Positions 1-9,233 of a DNA stretch of 64,000 nucleotides are shown piece by piece. Both the position numbers and the translations under genes were made by a program. The notes beneath the pieces were generated by a model. The model was given only the letters and a program-made list of their open reading frames with translations, ran no database searches and was not told the origin of the DNA. Source of the stretch: a virus; IMG/VR virus record IMGVR_UViG_3300025174_000005; one strand, 5' to 3'. Each line of letters starts with the position of its first letter. Positions within the stretch are counted from its first letter, which is position 1.

Positions 1-436
1 CTGGTATATAATTGTTTATGAGAAATAGTTTTCTATCAAAAGGTCTTCCTGTTAAATTAAATATCCTGTTGGCTTCTTCTTGTATCCACTCACACTGCGT
101 ATAAGCTAAAGTACAATCTTTATGATCTTGAAAATGCTGTGTAAATACATCTATGTGATTAGGCAAGTAAACATCATCGTCATCTAAGTATGCAACATGT
201 GAAGTAGTAATTAATTTTAATCCTTCATTGCGAGCTCCAGCTAATGTAGTCTTGTCTATGTTAATCCATTGTATTCTATTGTCTTGTCTTAGTTTACGAA
301 GTAGTTTGTGGGGTCGCTGACCCCCGTTGTTAATTATTACCACCTTAAAATCCTGATTAGTTTGATTGACTATACTACATAAGGCTCGCTCAAGTAGTTG
401 TTCTCTATTGTATGTAACCATTAAGATAGTTATCAT
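1..436 (-). CDS. GT2-family glycosyltransferase, 5' part; runs off the left edge and is absent from the ORF track
   Basis: Manual translation from ATG 436 (overlapping the TGA of the upstream gene): MITILMVTYNREQLLERALCSIVNQTNQDFKVVIINNGG...LAGARNEGLKLITTSHVAYLDDDDVYLPNH. Classic GT-A N-terminus with DXD motif; frame open to position 1. Confidence 0.85.
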   Translation of the reverse strand, partial: MITILMVTYNREQLLERALCSIVNQTNQDFKVVIINNGGQRPHKLLRKLRQDNRIQWINIDKTTLAGARNEGLKLITTSHVAYLDDDDVYLPNHIDVFTQHFQDHKDCTLAYTQCEWIQEEANRIFNLTGRPFDRKLFLINNYIP

Positions 437-1323
437 ATGCTCATGGCTCTCTCATATAAATCGGCTACGATATCCCATGTCATCATAGTTGCACCTATCT
501 GATTCTTTAATGCGTGCTCTTTACGACTTAATTCTCCATGAGAAAGAAAGTCTTTAGCTAATTGATGCGGATCGTTTGATGTATAGATATACATTGGGTG
601 CATCTCTAAGTAGTCTCTACGTAATTCGTGGTGATATAGTCCCACTATGGGACGTGCTGCTAAAGCTGCATCTAGGATAGTCAGATATCCTCCTACGATT
701 ACTATAGAGTTAGATTGAATATATGGTGTTGGATCTGTAAAACCATGATATACCATATTAATGCCTTGTATCATTTTACCATAGTAGGGTCCATCTCCGC
801 AAATATCTACATGAAGCGCTTGCACCACTTCTATAAATTCTAGCACCTTAGGGAATGCATTATCATCACTCAATCTTCCTACATAGGTATATGTACCACT
901 ATATGGTTTATATAATCCAGGCTTACCCTCTACAGCCCCATAGGTCACCAATCCCCATGGTGTTTTATAGTGTTGAGGTATGAAGGAACCTATATTAATA
1001 ATTCCACTACATTTCTCTGCAAGTTGCTGACGCCCTACTACTGTATCTCTATTTAAAGGATATGTACCCTCCCAACCATGGTAAACCATGGTCTTATGTA
1101 TGTGAGGTGGGGTTTCTAAATATGAATAAAAGTCATGGAAAACTACATGGGTATATTGCTTCCAGTTAATATACTGAGATTTATTATGATAGTGCCAGTC
1201 TACTTTGTGTCCACGGGTCTTTAACTTATCTGTAATCTTAGTGATATGATGTTGTACTCCGCCTATGGGCACCGTATCATACGGTAGATTATAGTGATGT
1301 GATATAAAAGCTATATTGGCCAT
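433..1323 (-). CDS. GT-B fold glycosyltransferase (GT4-like)
   Basis: N-terminal 'IGGVQHHI..I...L..RGHKV' and C-terminal 'YVGRLS...CGDGP...LTILDAALAARPIV...TWDIVADLYE' match the GT4 pattern. Confidence 0.75.
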   Translation of the reverse strand: MANIAFISHHYNLPYDTVPIGGVQHHITKITDKLKTRGHKVDWHYHNKSQYINWKQYTHVVFHDFYSYLETPPHIHKTMVYHGWEGTYPLNRDTVVGRQQLAEKCSGIINIGSFIPQHYKTPWGLVTYGAVEGKPGLYKPYSGTYTYVGRLSDDNAFPKVLEFIEVVQALHVDICGDGPYYGKMIQGINMVYHGFTDPTPYIQSNSIVIVGGYLTILDAALAARPIVGLYHHELRRDYLEMHPMYIYTSNDPHQLAKDFLSHGELSRKEHALKNQIGATMMTWDIVADLYERAMSI

Positions 1324-1324
1324 A

Positions 1325-2392
1325 TTATATCTTGCCTTGAAGAGCTTGTCTAAGTGAGACGGAATGCAATTTACTATCTTCCCTTACTCTATCATATCCC
1401 TTACATGCATGTGATGAAGGAATTGACATAACTCTCTCTATTTTTTCTGATAGGAATTCTTGATCTAAAGGCATTCGTGTATGATCGCTTGATGTTCCGT
1501 CTCCAAACGGTATACTATAGAAATCTATTAGGGCCATCTCAGCCAGCTCATCCATCTTTGTGTGGTAGGCTATGGGTACGCATGGTCTACCAACAAGTAT
1601 GGCTGATATCATAGCATGTAATCGCATAGGTACTATGCAGGTATGTTCTTCGAATATATTAAACATCCTTTGATAATCATGTTCTTTAACCGTTAACCAA
1701 TTAACTCTATGTGCGTATACAGAATTAAACTGTATGGCTTGTATGCATTTCTGATCGCGTGAGTCATGAAAAGACATAACACTGACTTTTGTTTTCTTCT
1801 TAGCAAAATAGTCAACTGTTGCGGCTAATGTATGTATAAAATCTTCATGCCTAGTATTGTCATATCCAAAGAAGTCGGCCATAATAAACAGTATACCCTC
1901 TGGTTGGATGGTAGTATGAAGATTCATTTGTCTTTGAAGGACTATGTCAGGAGCTATAATTATATCTCTGGTTACTCCTATTTGTCTAAGGCGTCTATAT
2001 GACATCTGATCTCGCACCGTTACTAAGGTAGCATTTTGTATAACATCATAGATAATATCAGCACTGAGAGCTGTAGTTATTGGATTAACACCTATACCAT
2101 AAAAGATAGCGGGCTTACCCTGATCTTCCATATATCTAAATGTTTCAAAAAAATTCTTAAGGATATTGCGCTGCGCGTCACCCACTACGCCACCAAAAAT
2201 AACTGAGCCGTCTAATTCGTCTCGTGAGGTAACTCGTTTAAGACCATATCTATTTACGATAGCATCACTGCAAGGAGAACATGCTGCAAATTCACACATA
2301 GGATTTATCTCTTTAAAATCTGCAATAACCTGATCGAGTAATAGATTGTCTCCTAGATTACCATTTCCGCTATATGAAATAATACCGATCAT
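1325..2392 (-). CDS. Polysaccharide pyruvyl transferase (CsaB/WcaK-like)
   Basis: Motifs GNGNLGDNLLL, GIGVNPI, VTVRDQMS, APDIV, MRLHAMISA, PIAYHTKM are typical of the PS_pyruv_trans family. Confidence 0.85.
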   Translation of the reverse strand: MIGIISYSGNGNLGDNLLLDQVIADFKEINPMCEFAACSPCSDAIVNRYGLKRVTSRDELDGSVIFGGVVGDAQRNILKNFFETFRYMEDQGKPAIFYGIGVNPITTALSADIIYDVIQNATLVTVRDQMSYRRLRQIGVTRDIIIAPDIVLQRQMNLHTTIQPEGILFIMADFFGYDNTRHEDFIHTLAATVDYFAKKKTKVSVMSFHDSRDQKCIQAIQFNSVYAHRVNWLTVKEHDYQRMFNIFEEHTCIVPMRLHAMISAILVGRPCVPIAYHTKMDELAEMALIDFYSIPFGDGTSSDHTRMPLDQEFLSEKIERVMSIPSSHACKGYDRVREDSKLHSVSLRQALQGKI

Positions 2393-2404
2393 ATTTACCC
2401 TCCT

Positions 2405-3346
2405 TTATTTCCTTATGTTATATAAAATGCCTTCTATATCACTTAGAATAATCTGTATGCGTTTATCATATGTGTGGTAATTAATTGTTCTTCTATATCC
2501 AGCGTTAGCTATTGACTGTGCTTCATCTGGATGCTGCATATAGTAATTTAAACGATCTATAAGGTCAGCTGCTGTTTGAAAAGTAGCTATCTCCCTACCT
2601 AGATCAAAGAACCTAGAGAGTTCTTGACAGAACTGTGTTAGTACAAAACCACCTGCAGCTGTGAGTTCAAATAATCTACACTTCATAGCCGCAATACCAT
2701 GTGGTTGATCAGTAAAAGATAAATTAATCTTAGTACGATTAATAACCTGGTTTACATCTATCGGATCTAATCTATGTTTATCTGTCCATGTAGGAGACTT
2801 GGTTCCGTAACCACCCATTATTTGAAAATTGTATTTAGATAGGTGGTTACTTAATTTAGCTGAACGCAACATACTTTCTCGTTGCGTATATGGTGTACCA
2901 ATAAATGATATATCAATTGTTTTGGGTGTATTGGGTAGTGGCTTATAGACTTCAGGATCTACTCCAAACATAAGGTATTTAGATTGAATATTCATTTGAT
3001 TATATGTAAAGGTAGAGGCTAGGTGCGTTGTATATACTAGGTGATAATTGGAAGCTATCTGTTGAGAACGTTGTTGCTGGATAAAGTAAGGATCATCTAT
3101 TTGCCAATTAATACGTACTATATTTGTATAAGCTTTTAGTATTTTGTTGTCTAAAAATTGACCATTGGGTACAACTATAAAGTCTGGCTTATATGTGTTG
3201 ATTGTTTCTATTAAGTGTTGTTGTAATCTATGATCTTTGGCTGTTAAAAGAAAAGGTATAGCTCCTACCTGTTTGCTAAACGCTTTCCATATACTATGGA
3301 ATAGGTTGCCTTCTAAAAGAGATTCGACTACTACAATACCACGCAA
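2405..3346 (-). CDS. CgeB/YkvP-like glycosyltransferase (spore-maturation type GT-B)
   Basis: DISFIG, 'INRTKINL', 'RLFELTAAGGFVLT', 'FDLGREIATF', 'IANAGYRR...HTYDKR' match the Glyco_trans_1_2/CgeB C-terminal domain. Confidence 0.85.
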   Translation of the reverse strand: MRGIVVVESLLEGNLFHSIWKAFSKQVGAIPFLLTAKDHRLQQHLIETINTYKPDFIVVPNGQFLDNKILKAYTNIVRINWQIDDPYFIQQQRSQQIASNYHLVYTTHLASTFTYNQMNIQSKYLMFGVDPEVYKPLPNTPKTIDISFIGTPYTQRESMLRSAKLSNHLSKYNFQIMGGYGTKSPTWTDKHRLDPIDVNQVINRTKINLSFTDQPHGIAAMKCRLFELTAAGGFVLTQFCQELSRFFDLGREIATFQTAADLIDRLNYYMQHPDEAQSIANAGYRRTINYHTYDKRIQIILSDIEGILYNIRK

Positions 3347-3368
3347 GATAAGTACCTACCAAGAGGGT

Positions 3369-3608
3369 TTAGTCTTTCCAACACCAGCGAGAGGAATGTT
3401 TTGGATTGCCGTTCTCATCAGTTAATAGCTTGAGGATGACATCTAACTTAGCTTCTATACGCTTCACTTGTTCTTCTGTTGCAAGTATTTGTACGTCATT
3501 ATAATAGCTATCTGTCAATTTAATATTACTCATTACTATAGGTTTAGGTAACTCTTCGGAGCAATCTCCAATATGTGTGTAATTAGTATTGTCTTGCTTA
3601 TCTATCAT
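3369..3608 (-). CDS. Small hypothetical protein
   Basis: 79 aa; GAGGAG ribosome-binding site upstream; fills the gap between GT genes on the coding strand; short amphipathic helix. Confidence 0.55.
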   Translation of the reverse strand: MIDKQDNTNYTHIGDCSEELPKPIVMSNIKLTDSYYNDVQILATEEQVKRIEAKLDVILKLLTDENGNPKHSSRWCWKD

Positions 3609-3623
3609 ATTAGTAGTCTCCTC

Positions 3624-4436
3624 TTAACTCATATATGGTTTAGATTCGTTAGGTAGCTTGGGATATGAGGGAGCGTACCCTCCGTTCTCTGCTAAGAACT
3701 TACTCCAGTACTTCACGAATGGTCCCTTACCCTGTACTAGAGCACCATTAAAATGTTCTCTGTCCGTATGATCCATGTAGTGAATTATAACACTTTCTGG
3801 GCAATATCTAACATCATACCCTAGCATATTAACCATTAATCCATAATGTGTATCCTGAAAATAGCTTGGAGGATTATCATACTCTTCACATATCCCGCCT
3901 ATCTTATCAAATAAATCTCTTCGGTATATTCCAAATCCAGCGTAAGCATAGTTACCTGCTTGCTTCCAAGCAGGATTACTTAGATTGGATTGACATAAAG
4001 GTACTCTTGTGTCACCATTAGCGACTAGGTTCGCACCATGGCTCATAATAGAATACCTGTCACCACGCAGTACTAGGTGAGCTAGGTGTCCTATCTTGTC
4101 ATCTTCCTGCATTGCTTTAATACCATTACTTATCCAGCCTGGCGTAGCCATACAATCATTATTCATAAGAGCAAGGTGCTTACCTCGCGATAATCCTATT
4201 GCGCGATTATTACTTGTAGCATAGCAGTGTAGTTTGTCTTCAAAGATAAGCGTAGCGTTGTTGGAATAATGTTGTAATAAAAACTGTCGGCTACTATCCG
4301 TAGAACAAGCATCTACTATGATAAGTTCGTAGTCTACATCATTGGTATGTTGCAATATGCTATCTATACACTTCTTAAGTAATTGTACCCTATTGTGATT
4401 CATTACTATTATGCTTACTTGCGGGCTATATTGCAT
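3624..4436 (-). CDS. GT2-family glycosyltransferase
   Basis: VSIIVMNHNR...ELIIVDACSTD...NNRAIGLSRGKHLALMNND; 'YFQDTHYGL..NMLGY.VRY.PESVIIH'. Confidence 0.9.
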   Translation of the reverse strand: MQYSPQVSIIVMNHNRVQLLKKCIDSILQHTNDVDYELIIVDACSTDSSRQFLLQHYSNNATLIFEDKLHCYATSNNRAIGLSRGKHLALMNNDCMATPGWISNGIKAMQEDDKIGHLAHLVLRGDRYSIMSHGANLVANGDTRVPLCQSNLSNPAWKQAGNYAYAGFGIYRRDLFDKIGGICEEYDNPPSYFQDTHYGLMVNMLGYDVRYCPESVIIHYMDHTDREHFNGALVQGKGPFVKYWSKFLAENGGYAPSYPKLPNESKPYMS

Positions 4437-5290
4437 AAACCGTATACCTCGTCAACTATTTTTATTATATCTTTCCATAAAAAATCTTGAACATGTTCAA
4501 AACCAGCATATCCATAGTACTTAGGTTTACTAAGACACTTATCTATTTGAGTTATAGCATCTTTAATATTATCGTAAAGCATACCATCTATACCTTCACG
4601 TATTAGCTCTGCTGGCGCCCCACTCATACGTCTAGCTACAACTGGTTTATGCATAGCCCATGCCTCTAATATACTAATGCTAAATGTTTCAAGCTCAGAG
4701 GTAAGTAGATAAACACTACATCTACGAAGTAAATCTTGAGCTAATGGAAAGGGTATGTTTTCACCCACGCAAGCTACATTACCATGTTTGGCTTGCTTTT
4801 CACAAACCTGTGGTAGGGTAGCCACAAACTTAAGATTTGGCACTTCGTTGGCTATATGTATTAGCTCCTCTGGACGCTTAATTGGGTCTAGTCTACCCAA
4901 CCAAAGTACAAAAGGTTCATACACTGGTTGTATGTTGTAATTAATGTCAGTGCCATTTGGTATAACAAAATCTATACGGAAGCCCTTCTGTTGAAGGGCT
5001 GACGCAAAACAATTAGATACTGTAAGATTAATAGGTGAATTTCGCAGGTTTTGTTCTACTATTTGGTTCTCACGTACAAAGTAATAGGGTGTGTCTTTAG
5101 TTATAATATTTAACCCATGACACGTATAAATATCTCTACGTAGTGATGACCACCCAGCGTGTACGTGTACTATGTCTGCGCCAGCAGGCGCATCCACTAC
5201 TGTGTGTTTAGTATATCTTCTAATTGCATCTAGGTGGCGCAATACACCACCACTAGCTATGGTTCTAGGAGGTAACAGACAAAGTTTCAT
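4415..5290 (-). CDS. GT4-family glycosyltransferase
   Basis: SGGV, DIVHVH, VIPNGTD, WLGRLDPIKRPE, ETFSISILEAWA, DGMLY. Confidence 0.85.
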   Translation of the reverse strand: MKLCLLPPRTIASGGVLRHLDAIRRYTKHTVVDAPAGADIVHVHAGWSSLRRDIYTCHGLNIITKDTPYYFVRENQIVEQNLRNSPINLTVSNCFASALQQKGFRIDFVIPNGTDINYNIQPVYEPFVLWLGRLDPIKRPEELIHIANEVPNLKFVATLPQVCEKQAKHGNVACVGENIPFPLAQDLLRRCSVYLLTSELETFSISILEAWAMHKPVVARRMSGAPAELIREGIDGMLYDNIKDAITQIDKCLSKPKYYGYAGFEHVQDFLWKDIIKIVDEVYGLCNIARK

Positions 5291-6383
5291 ATATATGTTT
5301 CTCCAATAATGGTATTAATATGTCTGCTGCATTACTCATGGTATGTTTATTTAGTATATCCTGCCGAGCATTACTTACGTATGCTCGTGCTTCTTCTACG
5401 TTATTTATCATATACTCTATGCCCTTGACCCACTCTATATGCTTATTTTTTTTAACTAGCCATCCTGTTTTTTGGTGTTGTATGTTATCAGCGTACGATC
5501 CAATAGGTGAAGCTATCGTAGACATACCTGCCATAGTATGCTCGATCCACTTAATAGGACTTTTACTTAGATTAATTAGATCGTCTGTAACAGGTATGAT
5601 TCCTATATCTATTTGCTCGTCTGCTTGGAGCTGATAGTATTCTGGCACAAGTGCGCTACCTTTTACATAAAATACTCTGTCGCTGGGTGGGTTCTTCATT
5701 AGTCTTCTATAATCTGCACCTATAAATGTGAAGGTGGTATTTGGATATTGATGAAGTATTTGTTCTACAGCAGGTAGAGCTATCTTAAGATCTTCTTCGT
5801 GGTTATATCCACCCGACCAACCCAATTTAATAATGTCTCTTGGTGTCTTAGTGGGTATGTGTGGGAGATTATCTACATCTATAAAATTGGGCACCACATA
5901 TACCATACCATCATCTCGATGCTTAGCCATCTCACTGGCTAGATATGGCGTACTGGCCGTAGCAAACGTAGACTTATTAATTAACTGATGGATATTGTCT
6001 AGAACATTATATTCTATGTAAGGGCGTTTAAAGTGTGCTTGCATCGCAGGTGTTAATTGCACTTTAACTATACCAGGACGATACTCTATATAAGCTTGAT
6101 TCCAAGAAGGCATATGAAATACATCGTCATCTAAGTCAAAGATGGTAATCTTACCTAATGTGTTAGCTTGCTTAAATACCTTGAGCATGATGGGTAAATG
6201 ACTACGATAGGTATGTGTGATATTGTATTGCTGCATATCACTACTTATATGTACGCGATTAAGCTTAGCACTGGTCCAATCAGGTTGATATTTGCGTATA
6301 ATAGAAAAGGGTTGCTGACATCTATAGAAGTCGCAACCACCTTGGGCACCACTGTAAAATACCATAGAGGGTTTAGTTATCAT
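5265..6383 (-). CDS. GT-B fold glycosyltransferase
   Basis: GGCDFYR, FDLDDD, VVPNFID, LGWSGG..HEEDL, DIGIIP, KSPIKWIEHTMAG: a GT-B pattern common in phage glycosyltransferases. Confidence 0.8.
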   Translation of the reverse strand: MITKPSMVFYSGAQGGCDFYRCQQPFSIIRKYQPDWTSAKLNRVHISSDMQQYNITHTYRSHLPIMLKVFKQANTLGKITIFDLDDDVFHMPSWNQAYIEYRPGIVKVQLTPAMQAHFKRPYIEYNVLDNIHQLINKSTFATASTPYLASEMAKHRDDGMVYVVPNFIDVDNLPHIPTKTPRDIIKLGWSGGYNHEEDLKIALPAVEQILHQYPNTTFTFIGADYRRLMKNPPSDRVFYVKGSALVPEYYQLQADEQIDIGIIPVTDDLINLSKSPIKWIEHTMAGMSTIASPIGSYADNIQHQKTGWLVKKNKHIEWVKGIEYMINNVEEARAYVSNARQDILNKHTMSNAADILIPLLEKHIYETLSVTS

Positions 6384-6392
6384 CTCCTTATT

Positions 6393-6421
6393 AGTATAAC
6401 AAGAGAGATGTGGTTAGTCAA
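6393..6421 (-). promoter_or_regulatory. sigma70/sigmaA-type promoter in front of the glycosyltransferase cluster
   Basis: TTGACT (6421-6416), 17-nt spacer, TATACT (6398-6393), with extended -10 TG. Confidence 0.7.
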
Positions 6422-6423
6422 CC

Positions 6424-6915
6424 CTATTTCCAATAAACCTTAATACCCTTGGTTGTAAGTATTGTTTTAACCTGGGCTGAAGGGAAGAAGGAACCTGGGC
6501 AAGCTGTAGCCATTTGAGACTCTGCTATACTTAACTTAAGTACTTTGTTGGCTATATCTTTAACATCTCTGTGGCGACATATGGTTATGCCTGAGTATCT
6601 CTGTGTCCAACCTTCTATGACTTTATATAGTGAGTTAAGTTGAGCGTCTGTAGGCGTAAGCATATTAACCTTCTTGCCTAAGGAATCGTCATGGAAGTAG
6701 CCTAAAAGAGCTACAGACACAGAAATACCATTAAGTCCATAGTTTGCTGCGTTCTTAACTGATTCTGGCCTACCTAGTTCTACGATACCATTGCGATGTA
6801 TTATCCAATGATATGGTATGTCGCTAAATCCGTTGTTGAGTTCTATGGATTTTAATTGTTCGCGTGTCATCTCAGACGATGCGGTGTGATGGATACATCC
6901 ATACAATACACTCAT
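6424..6915 (-). CDS. Endolysin, N-acetylmuramoyl-L-alanine amidase (Amidase_2, T7-lysozyme/PGRP-like)
   Basis: IHHTAS, DIPYHWII..NG....GRP, RHRDV, TACPG (Zn ligands His/His/Cys); no cell-wall-binding domain. Confidence 0.9.
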   Translation of the reverse strand: MSVLYGCIHHTASSEMTREQLKSIELNNGFSDIPYHWIIHRNGIVELGRPESVKNAANYGLNGISVSVALLGYFHDDSLGKKVNMLTPTDAQLNSLYKVIEGWTQRYSGITICRHRDVKDIANKVLKLSIAESQMATACPGSFFPSAQVKTILTTKGIKVYWK

Positions 6916-7250
6916 TAACGCCCCTTCATAAGTAGGTTAATAAGAAAGTAACCACCTGTTGAAAGGAAGTTTAAGAACAGAGCTATAACAAGGGCCCACA
7001 TCCTACCATCTAATTTCTCTACTTGTTTCTCACCAGCTTCTATACGATGGCTTATGTTGGTATCCAATGTACGTATCTCTGGACGTGATACTAGCTTCTC
7101 TGTAATGGTTGCTAGTGCTTCTGCGAGACGATCAACCTTTAGGTTGATGTCGTGAATCTCAGCATGCATATCCTTTTTGAGATCTCTAACATCTTCTTCT
7201 AGGGCTTCAACCTTAGCTGCAAATTCTTCAAAATTGTCTGTAGGTGCCAT
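6915..7250 (-). CDS. Holin-like membrane protein (coiled coil plus C-terminal TM helix)
   Basis: Directly upstream of the endolysin; single C-terminal hydrophobic helix MWALVIALFLNFLSTGGYFLI. Start moved to ATG 7250 (TAATG overlap with the upstream stop). Confidence 0.55.
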   Translation of the reverse strand: MAPTDNFEEFAAKVEALEEDVRDLKKDMHAEIHDINLKVDRLAEALATITEKLVSRPEIRTLDTNISHRIEAGEKQVEKLDGRMWALVIALFLNFLSTGGYFLINLLMKGR

Positions 7251-8053
7251 TATACTTCTACCTTCCAATCAAATGGTAATGAGGCAATAGATCCTTTGAT
7301 ATAAAAGTAAGCTGGATCTGATGGTGCTGATAGATATACTGTGCCACCATCTTTAGATGTTAGTGTAATAAATGTAGGTACAGTACCCAGTCCATGGTAT
7401 ACTGATATTTGTACCCCTGGTACAATATGGGTAGTGTCTGAACCAACTATAGTAGCGAGTAACTTTCTAGGAGTACCCATAACTTCTTCATACCACTGTC
7501 CTGTAGCTGATGTCCCCACATCAAGTAACTCAATATAAGCAGATGTATTAACATCAAGTAGGTCAGTAGCTATTTCTGTTTGGGTAAGAGTTGCTCCATG
7601 TGGATTAAATGAGGCCATTAGGTGGGCATCTAGTCCAAACACACTACTTGATGGTATACCAAATAAACCCGTCCCCATACCTATAAATCCCAGTCCTGCT
7701 TCTATAAAACCAGCTACGCTTATATTACCGTCTTGAGCAGAAGGTGATGTGTCTTGTAAGAGAACTAAATCATTTATAAGTGGGTGAACAGATGCATCAT
7801 TAATATGATCTGGAAGCCTATTCCACATACCCGTATGATTATATACAGGATCTGGTATTAATATAGCTGAACTATCAAAGGTTTGAAGAGGATAGAAGAT
7901 AATATTCCCCACCATTACTCCACCATTTAGGTTAAGTACTTCATCTAAGATATCATCACCAAACCGTTGAATGTTAGATTCAACTATTGTTCTCCAAAAA
8001 GAAGGAACCAACCTAGTTATTGGTAGTACATTAAAGCTTCTTAATTCTGCCAT
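7250..8053 (-). CDS. Tail fibre-associated protein
   Basis: End of the tail module; C-terminal 'HGLGTVPTFI' beta-rich domain is typical of fibre proteins. Confidence 0.45.
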   Translation of the reverse strand: MAELRSFNVLPITRLVPSFWRTIVESNIQRFGDDILDEVLNLNGGVMVGNIIFYPLQTFDSSAILIPDPVYNHTGMWNRLPDHINDASVHPLINDLVLLQDTSPSAQDGNISVAGFIEAGLGFIGMGTGLFGIPSSSVFGLDAHLMASFNPHGATLTQTEIATDLLDVNTSAYIELLDVGTSATGQWYEEVMGTPRKLLATIVGSDTTHIVPGVQISVYHGLGTVPTFITLTSKDGGTVYLSAPSDPAYFYIKGSIASLPFDWKVEV

Positions 8054-8062
8054 GGTCTTCCT

Positions 8063-8094
8063 TTACGCCCACGTAGTTTTATGCCCACGTAGTA
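8063..8094. repeat. 16-bp-period tandem duplication of the last codons of the 384-aa gene
   Basis: ttacgcccacgtagt (8063-8077) vs ttatgcccacgtagt (8079-8093), 14/15 identical. Confidence 0.8.
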
Positions 8095-9233
8095 TAGTCT
8101 ATGGTACATGATGGTAATACTGGGTGACTCACACCCTCTAATATGGTTTCGATATATATACTATTAACACCTAAGGGTATAGATGACATTAATCCTGTTT
8201 GATGAATGTCATTATCTGCACCTACATAGTAGATATTGTATGTAATACCCTCTACCTCTTCAGGATAAATAGCTTCTATAGATTTGTAATTATTGGTTGA
8301 TAAGGTAAAATTAGTTAGTATCTTAGAAGTATCTGAAAACCTACTGTTTAACACATTAATATTTCTGGCACCTAAGGAAAACACCTTATGACTTCCTAGA
8401 AGTTCGAAGTGCCGCTGACGAAATATAACACGCACTTGGATAGCTGGCGTGCTATCAAATACAAAACGCTGCCTTGGAGCATTCAGTAGAGGTTCTGATA
8501 ATAGTTCTGTCTCTATGCCAGTAACACTAATAACCTTGACGCTTAATATATCTAAAGAGAATTCTGGATATGGATCTACGATAATTGTATTGGTATCTAA
8601 GGTATTAATTATTCTCTGAGGAAGAAGGATAGTTACTTCAGCTAGTTCAGAAACAACATTTGACGTAGGAGAGTATAGTACCTGACGTTCCCAGTATGTA
8701 CTGTCATTGCCATCTATAGCAAGCTTAGGATCTTCCTGAGGTTGTATTAAGCCAGCCGTATCACTAATAGATATGATTCCATCTGGGAACACCGTAGTAT
8801 CAGCTAAGGTATCGTAAAGATATAGTTTGCTAGATGAGCTAAGAACATGTGGTATTAACTGTCCATATATGGTATTGTGTTGAGCTTGGTCTTGTGGAAT
8901 TAGCATATCATATGATGGAAATCCACCATAGGAAGTGATTGTGTTGTCATAGTATGTTGTAATCTGTGACTTGATACCATCGGGGTTAGTTAGAGAAGTA
9001 AAGAAAGTATTAAGATTAATTACTTTGCTTTCTAATTCCACTATCTTCTGCTTAAGAGCAGTATTCTCGTTGGTAAGTATGCGATTAACTTTTAATGTCT
9101 CATCATTCTGGGCCATAATCTCTCTGAATAACTCAAACATATCGTCGTGTGCATTCTTAAAAAACGTATTAAATATGTGGCTATTAGACGGTCCACGAAA
9201 TTTCAGAGTTGTTTGTTTACTTTTAAGTGACAT
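8079..9233 (-). CDS. Baseplate/tail structural protein (paralog family member)
   Basis: N-terminal FRGPSNS..FN...DMFEL plus coiled coil, then a beta-sandwich domain (PKLAIDGNDSTYWE) shared with neighbouring genes. Confidence 0.6.
   Translation of the reverse strand: MSLKSKQTTLKFRGPSNSHIFNTFFKNAHDDMFELFREIMAQNDETLKVNRILTNENTALKQKIVELESKVINLNTFFTSLTNPDGIKSQITTYYDNTITSYGGFPSYDMLIPQDQAQHNTIYGQLIPHVLSSSSKLYLYDTLADTTVFPDGIISISDTAGLIQPQEDPKLAIDGNDSTYWERQVLYSPTSNVVSELAEVTILLPQRIINTLDTNTIIVDPYPEFSLDILSVKVISVTGIETELLSEPLLNAPRQRFVFDSTPAIQVRVIFRQRHFELLGSHKVFSLGARNINVLNSRFSDTSKILTNFTLSTNNYKSIEAIYPEEVEGITYNIYYVGADNDIHQTGLMSSIPLGVNSIYIETILEGVSHPVLPSCTIDYTTWA

Noticed and set aside
289-325. Suspected frameshift or phase-variable G5 tract in the edge GT2 gene
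   Set aside because: Base-by-base retranslation shows a continuous frame (NNGGQRPHKLLRK...); there is no frameshift.
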